A stretch of 63,894 bases of DNA, filler included, from 9 parts of 9 records of this genome joined end to end with filler, not necessarily neighbours in it, one strand, 5' to 3'. Numbered from the whole stretch's first letter, positions 19,025 through 29,825 are shown. Notes: generated by a model not told the origin, from the sequence alone. A program made the numbers and translations.

Positions 19025-21169
19025 GTGAGCGAGAGTCAGCCGGAAAGCACTGCAAAGGTCGACATTTCATCGCCCGAGCGGTTTTTTAACAGGGAATTGT
19101 CCTGGCTCGGCTTCAACGCCCGGGTCCTGGAGGAAGCGAACAATACCGCGCACCCGCTGCTGGAGCGGCTGCGGTTCGTTTCCATTTCCGCCTCCAACCT
19201 TGATGAGTTTTACACTGTCCGCGTCGCCGGCCTGAAAGGCATGGTGAATGCTGGCGTAACCACGCCGAGCGCGGATGGCCTTTCCCCGACAAGTCAGCTC
19301 ATTGCTATCGCGGAAAAGGCAGCGGAACTGATCACGGTACAGCAGCAGTATCTTTCGATGCTGCTTGGTGAGCTGCGGACCGCCGGGTTCCATCTCGTTA
19401 CGGCAGCCGATCTCACCGCCGCGGACCGGAAATGGCTGGAAGGTCATTTCATCGACCAGATCTTCCCGCTGCTGACACCGCTCGCAATCGATCCGGCCCA
19501 TCCGTTTCCGTTTCTGCCGAACGGTGGTGTCTGCCTCGCCATGCAGCTCACGGATGCTTCCAACGCCATCGACATGGAAGCGTTGCTTCCGCTTCCGGCT
19601 CAGGTGGGCCGTTTCGTCCGCCTGCCGGGCAAGGATATTCGCTTCATCGCCATCGAGCAGGTGATCATCGAGCATGTCGACCAGCTGTTCCCGAATTTCA
19701 CCGTCGCCGGACACGGTATTTTCCGGGTTCTGCGCGACAGTGAAATGGAAGTCGATGAAGAGGCCGAAGATCTCGTTCTGTCGTTCGAATCGGCCCTGAA
19801 ACGCCGCCGGCGCGGTAACGTCATCCGGCTCTCGATGAATAAGGACATGCCGGAAGATCTTCGGAACTTTGTCGTCGATGAGATGAAGGTGGCAAAAGAG
19901 GATCTTTTCACGCTCGACGAGATGGTTGGCCTCGCGGACCTGTCCCAGTTGATCGTCAGTGAGCGTCCGGACCTGCTCTGGAAGCCATTCAATCCACGCT
20001 TCCCGGAGCGTATCCGTGATTTTGGCGGCGATTGTCTGGCGGCGATCCGGGCCAAGGACATCGTTGTCCACCACCCTTATGAGAGCTTCGACGTCGTTGT
20101 CCAGTTCCTGCGTCAGGCGGCAGCGGACCCGGCGGTGGTCTCTATCAAGCAGACGCTTTACCGGACTTCCAAGGGCAGCCCGATCGTCAATGCCCTGATC
20201 GAGGCGGCAGAGGCTGGCAAGTCAGTCACTGCCATGGTCGAGCTGAAGGCCCGGTTCGACGAGGAAGCGAATATCCGGCTGGCGCGCGACCTGGAACGTG
20301 CGGGCGTTCAGGTGGTCTACGGTTTCGTGGATCTGAAGACCCACGCCAAGATATCCCTCGTGGTTCGGCGTGAAGGCAACGGTCTGCGCAACTACGTGCA
20401 TTTCGGCACCGGCAACTATCACCCGATCACGGCGAAGATCTATACCGATCTCTCCTTCTTCACCTGCGATCCGGTCCTGTGCCGCGATGCTGCACGCATG
20501 TTCAACTACATGACCGGTTATGCGACGCCGCAACAGATGGACAAGCTTTCCCTGTCGCCGCTCACCATGCGCCAGAAGGTGCATGAGCTGGTCGAAACGG
20601 AAATCCAGTTCGCCCGGGAGGGCAAACCGGCGACGATCTGGGCGAAGATGAATTCATTGGTCGATCCGGATCTGATCGACATGCTGTACCGGGCCTCGAA
20701 CGAGGGCGTCAAAATCGAGCTGGTGATCCGCGGCATCTGCTGTCTGCGTCCAGGCGTGCCGGGATTGTCCGAGAACATCCACGTTCTCAGCATCGTGGGC
20801 CGGTTCCTCGAGCATTCGCGGATTTTCTGCTTCGGGAATGGCCGGAAGCTTCCCTCCGATCAGGCGAAAGTGTACATGTCCTCCGCTGACTGGATGACAC
20901 GTAATCTGGATCGCCGGGTCGAGCATTTCGTCCCGATTGAAAACCGGACGGTTCACCGCCAGGTTCTGGATCAGATCATGGTGGCGAATTTGAAGGACGA
21001 GACCAATTCCTGGATTGCGGAGCCCGATGGTCACTATGTTCGGGTCGCTGCCGGTGCGGGAGCGTTCTCGGCACATAAATATTTCATGACCAATCCGAGC
21101 CTGTCCGGCCGCGGCAGTGCTCTGAAGCGGTCGAATGAGATGCCCAAGAAGTTGAGCGGCTCGGAATAA
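19025..21169 (+). CDS. ppk1: Polyphosphate kinase 1
   Basis: [39 protein letters not shown] and GRFLEHSR motifs. Confidence 0.97.
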   Translation: MSESQPESTAKVDISSPERFFNRELSWLGFNARVLEEANNTAHPLLERLRFVSISASNLDEFYTVRVAGLKGMVNAGVTTPSADGLSPTSQLIAIAEKAAELITVQQQYLSMLLGELRTAGFHLVTAADLTAADRKWLEGHFIDQIFPLLTPLAIDPAHPFPFLPNGGVCLAMQLTDASNAIDMEALLPLPAQVGRFVRLPGKDIRFIAIEQVIIEHVDQLFPNFTVAGHGIFRVLRDSEMEVDEEAEDLVLSFESALKRRRRGNVIRLSMNKDMPEDLRNFVVDEMKVAKEDLFTLDEMVGLADLSQLIVSERPDLLWKPFNPRFPERIRDFGGDCLAAIRAKDIVVHHPYESFDVVVQFLRQAAADPAVVSIKQTLYRTSKGSPIVNALIEAAEAGKSVTAMVELKARFDEEANIRLARDLERAGVQVVYGFVDLKTHAKISLVVRREGNGLRNYVHFGTGNYHPITAKIYTDLSFFTCDPVLCRDAARMFNYMTGYATPQQMDKLSLSPLTMRQKVHELVETEIQFAREGKPATIWAKMNSLVDPDLIDMLYRASNEGVKIELVIRGICCLRPGVPGLSENIHVLSIVGRFLEHSRIFCFGNGRKLPSDQAKVYMSSADWMTRNLDRRVEHFVPIENRTVHRQVLDQIMVANLKDETNSWIAEPDGHYVRVAAGAGAFSAHKYFMTNPSLSGRGSALKRSNEMPKKLSGSE

Positions 21170-21172
21170 AGT

Positions 21173-22702
21173 TTGTCGGTTTCCTTTTCTCAAGACGACT
21201 GGATCTCCAACTCCGGTACAGACCGGAGTGGTCTCGTCGGCGTTCTTGATATCGGCTCGAACTCCATACGGCTGGTCGTTTTCGAAGGCGACGGCCGTAT
21301 GCCGATCCCGCTGTTCAACGAGAAGGCCCTTTGCGGTCTTGGCACAGGGCTGCAGGAAACCGGTCATCTCTCCGAGCAGGGCGTCCGCTCGGCGATGGAA
21401 AATCTGGAACGCTATTTCACCATAGCCAAGGGCATGCAGGTCGCGGAGGTCAGGGTTCTGGCGACGGCGGCCGTGCGCGATGCCCGGAACGGTGCTGAAT
21501 TCGTCTCCGAGATTGAAAGCCGCTTCGGCACCCGCGTGATGGTTCTGTCAGGCGACGAGGAAGCCAGACTTTCCGCGCTCGGGGTGATCAGTGCGTTCCC
21601 CGACGCGGACGGCATTGTCGGCGATCTTGGCGGCGGTAGCCTTGAATTGGTGGATGTCCGGGATAACAAGGCCCGCCGTTTCGAGACGACGCCCCTCGGC
21701 CCGCTCCGGCTCGGTGAGCTCACCCGGCAGAACAGGGACGAGTTGACGGACAAGATCGACTCGACCCTGAGCGGCGTGCTCTGGCTTGACGCAATGGCGG
21801 ATCGCGACCTGTTCGCGGTTGGTGGTGCCTGGCGTAGCCTTGCGCGTGCCCACATGGAGCTGACGGACTATCCGCTGGCCGTGATCCATCATTATGCAAT
21901 CGGCTCCGAGGAGGCTGTTCGCTTCCTCGACGAGATCACGCGGATGGGCCGGAAGGATTTACGGGCACTTGATGCGGTCTCGAAGCGTCGTGTTGAAAAG
22001 CTTCCCGTGACCGCACTGGTGCTGAAGCGGGTCATCGAGCTTGGCCGCGCGCGGCAGGTTGTCTTCTCCTCCTTTGGTTTGCGTGAGGGCTGCCTCTATG
22101 ACCGCCTGCCGCAGGGGGAGCAGGCTCGCGACCCTCTGGTCGATAGCTGCATGGATATCGCGCGGAAGAGCAGCAGGTTCAGCCCCCATCCGGAAGTTCT
22201 GGAACGCTGGATCGCACCGTTTTTCGAGGATGTCCCCGCATCGGAACAGCGTCTGATCCGGGCCGCATGCATTCTGAGCGATTTCGCCTGGGGCGAGCAC
22301 CCGAGTTATCGGGGCGAGCATGCTTTCATCCGGGTGTTGAGGCTTCCCGTCGTCGGGATGAACCATGCCGATCGGGTCTTCCTCGCCTATGCCATCCTTG
22401 CCCGTTACACCGGCGGGATCGAAGAGGAAGGCGGACAGCGGGTCCGCAAGCTGCTGTCGCTCCGCCGCCGGGACCTGGCCTATCGGGTCGGGCTTGCCTT
22501 GCGGCTTGCGCTGACGCTTTCAGGCGGCGCGACGGAGTTACTTGAAAGTGCCCGCCTTGAGCGGGAGCGGGATATGGTCGGCGAGCGAGGCTTCGTCATC
22601 AGCATGCACGGCCATCAGGGCGGGCTTGCGGGTGATGTGGTGACGCGGCGGATCGCGGCGCTTTCGGAAGCGCTTGGTCAGGAAATCCGGATCGAACATT
22701 AA
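21173..22702 (+). CDS. ppx: Exopolyphosphatase Ppx/GppA family
   Basis: DIGSNSIRL, ATAAVRDA, DLGGGSLE and GLREG motifs; follows ppk1. Confidence 0.93.
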   Translation: MSVSFSQDDWISNSGTDRSGLVGVLDIGSNSIRLVVFEGDGRMPIPLFNEKALCGLGTGLQETGHLSEQGVRSAMENLERYFTIAKGMQVAEVRVLATAAVRDARNGAEFVSEIESRFGTRVMVLSGDEEARLSALGVISAFPDADGIVGDLGGGSLELVDVRDNKARRFETTPLGPLRLGELTRQNRDELTDKIDSTLSGVLWLDAMADRDLFAVGGAWRSLARAHMELTDYPLAVIHHYAIGSEEAVRFLDEITRMGRKDLRALDAVSKRRVEKLPVTALVLKRVIELGRARQVVFSSFGLREGCLYDRLPQGEQARDPLVDSCMDIARKSSRFSPHPEVLERWIAPFFEDVPASEQRLIRAACILSDFAWGEHPSYRGEHAFIRVLRLPVVGMNHADRVFLAYAILARYTGGIEEEGGQRVRKLLSLRRRDLAYRVGLALRLALTLSGGATELLESARLERERDMVGERGFVISMHGHQGGLAGDVVTRRIAALSEALGQEIRIEH

Positions 22703-22730
22703 GCGGCCGAAGGAGGCCGATGCGTCTCTG

Positions 22731-23879
22731 TCAGAGACGCATCAGTTTGATTTTTCCGGCTTCGGCGGTCAGCCCGATCCGGCCGTGCTTGAGATTGATC
22801 GCATCCGCGCCGAACAGGTCACGGCGCCAGCCGGTCAAGGCAGGGACATCCGCGTTGTCATCCAGGGCGATGCTTTCGATGTCGGCGGTATTTGCGATCA
22901 GGCGGGCGGCTACCTTCTCCTCGTCAGAGCGGATTTTCAGCAGCACCTTCAACAGTTCGACGATCGGACCCGGCGCTTCACGCTTGTCGCTCTTGGTCGG
23001 CAGTTTGGGACAGGCATCGTTCGGCAGGGACAGGCCCTTGTTGACGACCTTGATGATCTCCTGACCCAGACGGCCATTCGCAACCTGCGCATTGAAGGTT
23101 CGGGTGCGGGCCAACTCTTCGGGCGTCGTCGGCGCATGGGCGGCGATATCCATCAGAACATCGTCGCGCAGGATCCTGTTACGCGGAACATCCCGCTGCC
23201 GTGCCTCGCGTTCGCGGAATGCCGCGATCTGCTGCAGTACGGCGAGAAATTTTGGTTTCCCGCTGCGGACCTTGAGGCGCTGCCAGACGGTGTCGGGATC
23301 CGGGTCGTATAGTGCCGGCTCGGACATCTTCTCGACTTCTTCGGCAATCCATTCGGCGCGGCCGGATTTCTCGATGCTGTCCACCAGGGCACGATAGACC
23401 GGCCGGAGGTGGATGACGTCGGCCAGGGCATAGCCGATCTGCTTCTCGCTGAGAGGGCGATGGGACCAGTCAGCGAACCGCGAGCTCTTGTCCAGCTGGA
23501 CGCCTGTCAGGCTCTGCACCAGCTTGTCGTAAGAGACTGAGTCGCCGAAGCCACAGATCATGCCGGCGACCTGGGTGTCGAAAACCGGCGCCGGGAGCTC
23601 TCCGCAAAGATGGTAGAAAATCTCCAGATCCTGCCGGGCAGCGTGGAAGACCTTCAGCACATCCCTGTTCTTCAGCAGATCGACAAGTGGCGCGAGATCA
23701 AGCCCTTCCGCCAGGGTGTCGATGGCCACAGCCTTTTCGTCGGTCCCTAACTGAACCAGGCAGAGCTGGGGATAGTAGGTTTTTTCACGCATGAACTCCG
23801 TGTCGATTGTCACGAAGTCCTCTTTGGCGAACTCGGCACAGACGGCGGAGAGCGCATCGGTATCGGTAATAACAGTCAT
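22731..23879 (-). CDS. rnd: Ribonuclease D
   Basis: DTEFMREKTYY, KVFHAARQD, FDTQ and YALADV motifs; HRDC region. Confidence 0.96.
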   Translation of the reverse strand: MTVITDTDALSAVCAEFAKEDFVTIDTEFMREKTYYPQLCLVQLGTDEKAVAIDTLAEGLDLAPLVDLLKNRDVLKVFHAARQDLEIFYHLCGELPAPVFDTQVAGMICGFGDSVSYDKLVQSLTGVQLDKSSRFADWSHRPLSEKQIGYALADVIHLRPVYRALVDSIEKSGRAEWIAEEVEKMSEPALYDPDPDTVWQRLKVRSGKPKFLAVLQQIAAFREREARQRDVPRNRILRDDVLMDIAAHAPTTPEELARTRTFNAQVANGRLGQEIIKVVNKGLSLPNDACPKLPTKSDKREAPGPIVELLKVLLKIRSDEEKVAARLIANTADIESIALDDNADVPALTGWRRDLFGADAINLKHGRIGLTAEAGKIKLMRL

Positions 23880-24069
23880 GAGGATTTCAATACACGGAAA
23901 ACCCGTACAGCGGAATGCTGCCTTTGAGCCAAAACAGCTTCCCGATTTCAGCGCATAAAGGATCGGAAACGGGGCAATAATTAGAAGTAAATTGCGAGGG
24001 TTGCCTATTTTTTGAGTTGCAGGTAGAGTTACGCTCTATAAGTCTTTGATTTTTTGCAGGGAAATCGAT

Positions 24070-25068
24070 ATGCGGCGCGGTCTTGTGGCGGCAATGCTAC
24101 CAGTGCTGTTGTGTGGTTGCCTTCCGGCGATCCCTCCTGCCATCAGTCTGGCAACGACTGGTTTTTCCGGTCTCGCGCTTTTTGCCACCGGGAAAACACC
24201 GTCCGATTACGTCATTTCCGCTGCCGCCGATGAAGATTGCTCGATGTTGCGTGTTGTTTTCGGCGACCAGCCGTGCCGCGCCTATGATGGCGAAAATTCC
24301 AAGCCCATGACGGAACTCGTGGCGTATTACCCGGGCGATGCCGACGACTGGGTGGACCGGGAGTCGATTCCTAAAGGGGCGATGTCCGGAACGACGATCA
24401 TGACCGCGTCGCTGTTCGGAACGGATCCCGCCGTCGGGACGCAAGATGCGGACAGTGATTCATCCTCTGCGCTCCTTGCGGCAGTTGAGAAAAAAGGCGA
24501 TCTGAACGCAGCCCCTTCCGCTATCAGCGAGGGGCTGGCACCGCTTAACGATCTGACACTCTCCGGGTTCGCCCCCGTGGACGGGCGGCATGCGTTGAAG
24601 CCAATTGAGCTGCAGCGTGTTGTTTCTGTCGATACCCCGCTGGATTTGCAATCGTCTCAACTGCCCAGCTGGTCAGTGGTGCCGGATGTGGCTGCGCCTG
24701 TTGCCGCCACTGCCTCTGCTGCCACTGATATGCAAGTCAGCACGGCGCAGACGATGGCTCTGCCCGTGCAGAAGCCGGGATCTCGCCGGGTGGCGGGACA
24801 GGGGGCGGCGCACCTGGCGGATCACTTCGTGATGCTGGGTTCTTTCCGGGATCTGGCGCGCGCGGAGCATCTTAAAGAGATGCTCGATCCGATAGAGTCG
24901 ACTGCCAGCGTGATTCAGAAGCCGGTGATCATGTCCGTGCGGCTCAAAGGCAACATGTGGCACCGTGTGGCTGTCGGCCCCTTCACGGGCCGGGAGGCGA
25001 TCGCCATGGCATCCGCTCTCGGACCGGTTTCCGGCAAGAAAGCCTGGGCGGCCAAAGTCACGAATTGA
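24070..25068 (+). CDS. Probable lipoprotein with C-terminal SPOR domain
   Basis: Lipobox LCGC; SPOR-like VMLGSFRDLARAE...WHRVAVGPF. Confidence 0.72.
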   Translation: MRRGLVAAMLPVLLCGCLPAIPPAISLATTGFSGLALFATGKTPSDYVISAAADEDCSMLRVVFGDQPCRAYDGENSKPMTELVAYYPGDADDWVDRESIPKGAMSGTTIMTASLFGTDPAVGTQDADSDSSSALLAAVEKKGDLNAAPSAISEGLAPLNDLTLSGFAPVDGRHALKPIELQRVVSVDTPLDLQSSQLPSWSVVPDVAAPVAATASAATDMQVSTAQTMALPVQKPGSRRVAGQGAAHLADHFVMLGSFRDLARAEHLKEMLDPIESTASVIQKPVIMSVRLKGNMWHRVAVGPFTGREAIAMASALGPVSGKKAWAAKVTN

Positions 25069-25121
25069 TCCGGGGAGCCGTGCCGGCGTCCGCATCTCCT
25101 CCGTTTTTCTGTTCTGAAATC

Positions 25122-25151
25122 ACACCCGGTTCCTTGGCCGGGTGTTTTTTT
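25122..25151 (+). terminator. Intrinsic terminator
   Basis: ACACCCGG...CCGGGTGT stem followed by a T-tract. Confidence 0.8.
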
Positions 25152-25479
25152 AATGCCCGGTGGTCTTTGAGAAGACGTGAATAACCGTGACACCGGCAAC
25201 AATCAGCAGCAGTCCGATAATGGCCGGGAAGTCCGGAACCTGCTTGTAGATTGCGGCTCCGGCCACGGTCACCAGAACAATCCCGATGCCTGCCCATATC
25301 CCGTAGGCGATACCGACGGGAATTTCGCGAAGGCAAAAGCTGAGCAAGACGAAGGCTGCCGTGTAGGCAACAAGAACGATGGCGGACGGCAGAATGACCG
25401 TAAAACCGTTTGTCGCCTTCAGGGCCATTGTGCCGATCACTTCGGCGAAAATGGCGAGGGCGAGAAAGAGATAAGCCAT
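25150..25479 (-). CDS. SMR family efflux protein (EmrE/QacE-like)
   Basis: 109 aa with four TM segments; conserved TM1 Glu (AIFAEV) and PVGIAYGIWAGIG. Confidence 0.92.
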   Translation of the reverse strand: MAYLFLALAIFAEVIGTMALKATNGFTVILPSAIVLVAYTAAFVLLSFCLREIPVGIAYGIWAGIGIVLVTVAGAAIYKQVPDFPAIIGLLLIVAGVTVIHVFSKTTGH

Positions 25480-25604
25480 GCGGCTTGTTCCTATCGATGC
25501 ATCGGAATGAACGGCTGCAACTGGTGGAGGTGCGCTGTCGTCGTCAGGCAGAACCTAGGCATTTCCGTTCCGCCGGGCAACCGGAGGCATCTTGTGGTGG
25601 AAAG

Positions 25605-25635
25605 AAAAAAAGGGAGCTGATTGCTCAGCTCCCTT
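25605..25635 (-). terminator. Intrinsic terminator downstream of GGDEF gene
   Basis: Perfect 11-bp stem AAGGGAGCTGA-TTGC-TCAGCTCCCTT with a U-tract on the minus strand. Confidence 0.85.
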
Positions 25636-25695
25636 AGGTTTGCTCTGGGTGCTTGCCGACAGAGGAGGCAAATGCCCGTATCGACAAGTAGGTTG
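25605..25695 (-). ncRNA. Candidate small RNA with anti-Shine-Dalgarno loop
   Basis: 10-bp stem whose G-U pairs form only on the minus strand, enclosing CCUCCUC, followed by a terminator. Confidence 0.35.
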
Positions 25696-25709
25696 CAAGG
25701 CAGGGGCGA

Positions 25710-26441
25710 TTACAGCGCCGTAAACGGACTGTTTTGCTTCCGCGCGTACATTGCGCGGTCGACCCTGTCGAGCAATTCGGTTTCGGTGTCGTCCTGACTG
25801 TAGGCGTCGTGACCGACACTCGCGTGAAGGTGGATGGAGGACCCGTTCCACTGCAGGGTCCGCGTGTTCAGTTCTTCGTCCAGCGCTGCAATGCGCGCAG
25901 CCGCTTCGTCGTCGTCAGCCCCCGGCATGATGACCGCGAACTCGTCGCCACCAAGGCGCGCAATGCTGTCGGTCTCGCGGGTCCGTGACTGGAGAATGCG
26001 CGCGACGGTGACCAGAAGTGCGTCGCCAGCCATGTGGCCGTAGGTGTCGTTGACGGCTTTGAACTTGTCGAGGTCGATCAGCAACATTGCGCCGGTCAAT
26101 CCCTGACGTTTCGCCGCGGCGAGCGCGCTCTGCAGGCGGTCGCTGAAACCGCGCCGGTTCAGAAGCCCGGTAAGTTCATCGGTGACGGACAGGCCTTCGA
26201 GAAATGCAATCCGCTTTTCCTGACGGGCGATGCGGTTCTCCGCTTCCGTCATGGCGATCATGGCGAGACGCAGCGCGATTTCAGTGTCATTCAGATCTTC
26301 GTCTTTAACGATCTGAGAAGCCCTGTTCGCGATATCCGCCGGCATCCGGGAGAGAAGATTCCCGACATCAAGATTTGCGAAAGCGTTCGTCAAGCCCGTG
26401 TCTTCCAGTTCCTGAGTCTGCGGGTGCATGAGGTTCGGCAT
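25710..26441 (-). CDS. Diguanylate cyclase (coiled coil + GGDEF)
   Basis: DELTGLLNRR, DLDKFKAVNDTYGH, RETD I-site and intact GGDEF. Confidence 0.93.
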   Translation of the reverse strand: MPNLMHPQTQELEDTGLTNAFANLDVGNLLSRMPADIANRASQIVKDEDLNDTEIALRLAMIAMTEAENRIARQEKRIAFLEGLSVTDELTGLLNRRGFSDRLQSALAAAKRQGLTGAMLLIDLDKFKAVNDTYGHMAGDALLVTVARILQSRTRETDSIARLGGDEFAVIMPGADDDEAAARIAALDEELNTRTLQWNGSSIHLHASVGHDAYSQDDTETELLDRVDRAMYARKQNSPFTAL

Positions 26442-26678
26442 GTCACACCACCTGTCTGTTGTTTCACGCCACCAAGGAGTGCATGGCTTGTGCCAGACAG
26501 GATGTTTTTTAGAAGTCTTTGAAAATAAGCGTAAAATTTTATCCGTGGCCGGTTACAATTTCCGGGCGCCAGGCCATATTGGTGGAGAGGCGGAAGGATT
26601 TGCCGGGTACGGGGCAAGCTGTGCCGGGTCCTCTCCGTGGCATTAATGCCGGGCTCCGCAAACCTGAAGGAGGGCCGT

Positions 26679-27491
26679 TTGAAACCTGTTCTTAAACTGA
26701 CCGCATTGCTTTTCGGTGTTGTTGCCGCGATGCAGATGCCCGGACCGATGCCGGCTTCGGCGGCTGCCGTGGGTCAGATTGTACCGCACAAGGCGCTTTA
26801 CCGGCTTTCCCTGAAGGGCACGCCCGGCGGGACCGATGTGGTTGCCGTGGGCGGAAAGATGGCCTTCGAGTGGCGGGATACGTGCGATGGCTGGGCGATC
26901 AATCAACGAAACCTGATGATCCTGGAAAATGCCGAGGGGCTGACGCACAGCGTCGATTCCACGATGACGACCTGGGAAGCCAAGGACGGCTCATCATTTC
27001 GGTTCATCGTGGACAAGGATTTTGGCGCCGGTGGTGGCGAAGCCCTGGAAGGCCTGGCTCAGCGGTCTTCGTCCGGCTCGGTCACGGCAGGCTTCACCGA
27101 GCCGGAGCAGGTCGAGATGGAATTGCCGTCCGACGTTATGTTCCCAAGCCAGCACACCATTGCCCTGCTGGAGAAAATAGCGAATGGAGAGAAGTTCTTT
27201 TCGGCATCGCTGTTTGACGGCTCGGAATTTGAGCCGGCAGGGTTTGTTTCCGCCGCCATCGGGCTGAAGGTTGTTCCCCAGGGGGAGGAGGATCCGCTGA
27301 TCTCCGGGCCTTACTGGCCGGTCAGACTGGCGTTCTATGGACCGGAAAACAAGACCGAGTCACCGGATTACGAACTTGCCGTGGATTTGCACGAGAACGG
27401 TATCGCCCGCCGGCTTGAAATTCATTTCAAGGAATTCACGGTGAACGTCGCGCTGGAACGTCTGGAGCGTTTCAAACCGGGCGGATGCTGA
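26679..27491 (+). CDS. eipB: EipB/DUF1849 family cell-envelope integrity protein
   Basis: Signal peptide, PHKALYRLSL, CDGW, FPSQH, FDGSE, WPVRLAFY, ENGI and terminal Cys; TTG start after AAGGAGG. Confidence 0.8.
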   Translation: MKPVLKLTALLFGVVAAMQMPGPMPASAAAVGQIVPHKALYRLSLKGTPGGTDVVAVGGKMAFEWRDTCDGWAINQRNLMILENAEGLTHSVDSTMTTWEAKDGSSFRFIVDKDFGAGGGEALEGLAQRSSSGSVTAGFTEPEQVEMELPSDVMFPSQHTIALLEKIANGEKFFSASLFDGSEFEPAGFVSAAIGLKVVPQGEEDPLISGPYWPVRLAFYGPENKTESPDYELAVDLHENGIARRLEIHFKEFTVNVALERLERFKPGGC

Positions 27492-27512
27492 CAGTGGGAA
27501 TATCCCGACCGT

Positions 27513-28865
27513 TCAGCTATCGCTGTCACTTTCTTCGGACATGCGGGCGCTGATACCCTGCTTCTCGGCGGCTTTCTTGAAACTGCGGCCTTTCTCGATC
27601 GCCTTCGTGCCGAGTTTCGCCCGGACGGCATCCATGGCGTGCTCCACCTTCCGGCGATGTTCCATTCCAGGGTCCGCCAGATCGGGCAGGTCTGCCCCGT
27701 CCGGGTCGGTCAGGTCGGAAACCCCTATGCCCATCAGGCGGAATTTACGGCCATCGGTTTCGCGTTCGAGCAAGCGCTTGCCGGCCCGGTAGAGTGTGTC
27801 CGCCATCTGGGTGGAGCCGTGGTGATGTACCTGACGGGTAATGCCTTTGAAATCTGCCGTTTTCAGTTTCAGCACAATGGTTCTGCCGCTGAGGGCTTTG
27901 GTTTTAAGACGGGAGGAGAGCTCCTCGCAAAGGCTCCAGAGAATGGGGTCGAGTTCATCAAAATTCGAGATGTCATCAGAGAAAGTCGTCTCGCAGGAGA
28001 CACTCTTGGCTGGTGACCGAGGCTCGATCTTCCGGTCGTCCCGGCCGTGTGAGAAACGAGCCAGGCGTGCACCGATGCTGCCGTAGCGGCGGATCAGGGC
28101 TGCTTCTTCCATACCCTGCAGATGTCCGATGGTCTCGATGCCGTCGCTCCGCAATTTTTCGTGCAGGGATTTTCCCACGCCCCAGATCGTGGTGACGGGG
28201 CGCCCCTTCAGGAAAGAGGGAGCCTCCTCCTGGCCGACAATGGCGAAGCCCCGGGGTTTGTCGAGATCGGAAGCCACTTTGGCCAGGAACTTGTTGTAGC
28301 TGAGCCCGATCGACGCGGTGATCCCGGTCTCCTTCTCTATCCGGGCGATGAGCCGGCACAGGGTCTCCGAAGGCGGCGCATGGTGCAGTCTCTCGGTTCC
28401 GGTGAGATCGAGAAACGCCTCATCGATGGAGATCGGCTCGATCATCGGGGTGACGGACAGCATCAATTCGCGGATCTGCTTGCCGACACGACTGTATTTT
28501 TGCATGTCGGGCTTGATGACGATGGCATTGGGGCAGGCCTGGAGTGCCTTGAACATCGGCATCGCGGAGCGGACGCCGTAGGTTCGGGCGACATAGCAGG
28601 CGGCGGAGACCACCCCCCGGCGTCCGCCGCCGACGATCACCGGTTTGCTGCGAAGCTCCGGATTGTCGCGCTTCTCCACGGTGGCGTAGAACGCGTCGCA
28701 ATCGATATGGGCGATGGCAAGGGCGCGAAGCTCGGGATGGCTGATCATGCGGGGCGAGCCGCATTTAGGGCAGCGCGCATCTCCATGCATGACTGTCCCT
28801 GGCAGCCAGGCAAAACAATCCCGGCATAAAACCGGGCTATCGGACGCATGCTCGGTCATGCTCAT
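27513..28865 (-). CDS. dinB: DNA polymerase IV with N-terminal Cys4 zinc ribbon
   Basis: HIDCDAFYA, CYVAR.YGVRSAMP, SIDEAFLD and NKFLAKVASD motifs; N-terminal CRDC/CPKC. Confidence 0.95.
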   Translation of the reverse strand: MSMTEHASDSPVLCRDCFAWLPGTVMHGDARCPKCGSPRMISHPELRALAIAHIDCDAFYATVEKRDNPELRSKPVIVGGGRRGVVSAACYVARTYGVRSAMPMFKALQACPNAIVIKPDMQKYSRVGKQIRELMLSVTPMIEPISIDEAFLDLTGTERLHHAPPSETLCRLIARIEKETGITASIGLSYNKFLAKVASDLDKPRGFAIVGQEEAPSFLKGRPVTTIWGVGKSLHEKLRSDGIETIGHLQGMEEAALIRRYGSIGARLARFSHGRDDRKIEPRSPAKSVSCETTFSDDISNFDELDPILWSLCEELSSRLKTKALSGRTIVLKLKTADFKGITRQVHHHGSTQMADTLYRAGKRLLERETDGRKFRLMGIGVSDLTDPDGADLPDLADPGMEHRRKVEHAMDAVRAKLGTKAIEKGRSFKKAAEKQGISARMSEESDSDS

Positions 28866-28898
28866 TGCCCCGTTGCGGCCATCGCGGCCGGCCATTCT

Positions 28899-29825
28899 CT
28901 AAAGCGATGGCGGCCAAAGCCACGCCGCTCCCCTGACGCCACTCGAATCGCCATGCAGGGGAGGGCTTAATCTGGTTTTCACACTATCCGAAAATACATG
29001 CGGCTCCCATAGCCTCGGGACCGTGTCGTAGAGCCTGCGGATATTGGACAGTCCCCCGCCAAGGACAATGACGTCGGGGTCCAGAATATTGACGACATGG
29101 GCGAGGGCCCGCGCGAGCCGTTCTTCATATTTTCCGAGAGCGGCATCCGCACGCGGGTCCCCGGCTGCTGCCAGGGCTTCTATGTCGCGTGCGGTGAGTT
29201 CATCTCCACCGGCTTCGGTATATTGGCGTTCGAATGCCGGGCCGGAGAGAAATGTCTCGATACAACCATGCCGTCCGCAATAGCAGAGGGGGCCCGGACG
29301 TTCATCGTCCATCGGTGCGGGCAACGGGTTATGTCCCCATTCACCGGCGATGGCATTGCGGCCCTCAAGGCACGTGCCGCGGATGGCTATTCCCGCGCCG
29401 ACGCCGGTGCCGAGGATGACCCCGAAGACGATATCGGCTCCCTTGCCCGCGCCATCGATAGCCTCGGATACGGCGAAGCAGTTTGCGTCATTCTGCAGCC
29501 GGACGGGACGGCTCAAGGCGTCTTCTAGATCTTTTTGAAGCGGCTTGCCGATCAGCCAGGTCGAGTTGGCGTTTTTCACAAGCCCGGTATCCCGCGAGGC
29601 GGCGCCAGGCATGCCGATTCCGACAGTGCAGGTCTGGCCGATAAGGGCTTCTGTACGATTTACCAGGCCGGAAATGGTCGAGATCGTGGCCGTGTAATCG
29701 CCCTTGATCGTCGGGACTCTTTCCTGCGCGACGACCTCACCGGAGGGGCTGAGCGCGACCGTTTCGGTCTTCGTCCCCCCGAGATCAATCCCGATCCTGA
29801 AACCGGATGGCCCCGACTGCCTCAT
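28899..29825 (-). CDS. ROK family sugar kinase (Mak/fructokinase-like)
   Basis: IDLGGTK, NDANC, GTGVG, GEWGH, CYCGRHGCIE and HGDSSGVRGAAWLW motifs. Confidence 0.92.
   Translation of the reverse strand: MRQSGPSGFRIGIDLGGTKTETVALSPSGEVVAQERVPTIKGDYTATISTISGLVNRTEALIGQTCTVGIGMPGAASRDTGLVKNANSTWLIGKPLQKDLEDALSRPVRLQNDANCFAVSEAIDGAGKGADIVFGVILGTGVGAGIAIRGTCLEGRNAIAGEWGHNPLPAPMDDERPGPLCYCGRHGCIETFLSGPAFERQYTEAGGDELTARDIEALAAAGDPRADAALGKYEERLARALAHVVNILDPDVIVLGGGLSNIRRLYDTVPRLWEPHVFSDSVKTRLSPPLHGDSSGVRGAAWLWPPSL

Noticed and set aside
25480..25600. Guanidine riboswitch upstream of the SMR gene
   Set aside because: No paired ACGR hairpins or other guanidine aptamer features are visible, and the protein looks EmrE/Qac-type rather than Gdx.
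26504..26526. Irr/ICE-like box TTTAGAAGTCTTTGAAA between the GGDEF gene and eipB
   Set aside because: Two mismatches in an AT-rich promoter and no iron-related neighbours; too weak to call.
28745..28835. Zinc-ribbon extension on DinB
   Set aside because: A common feature of alphaproteobacterial DinB proteins, so not novel.
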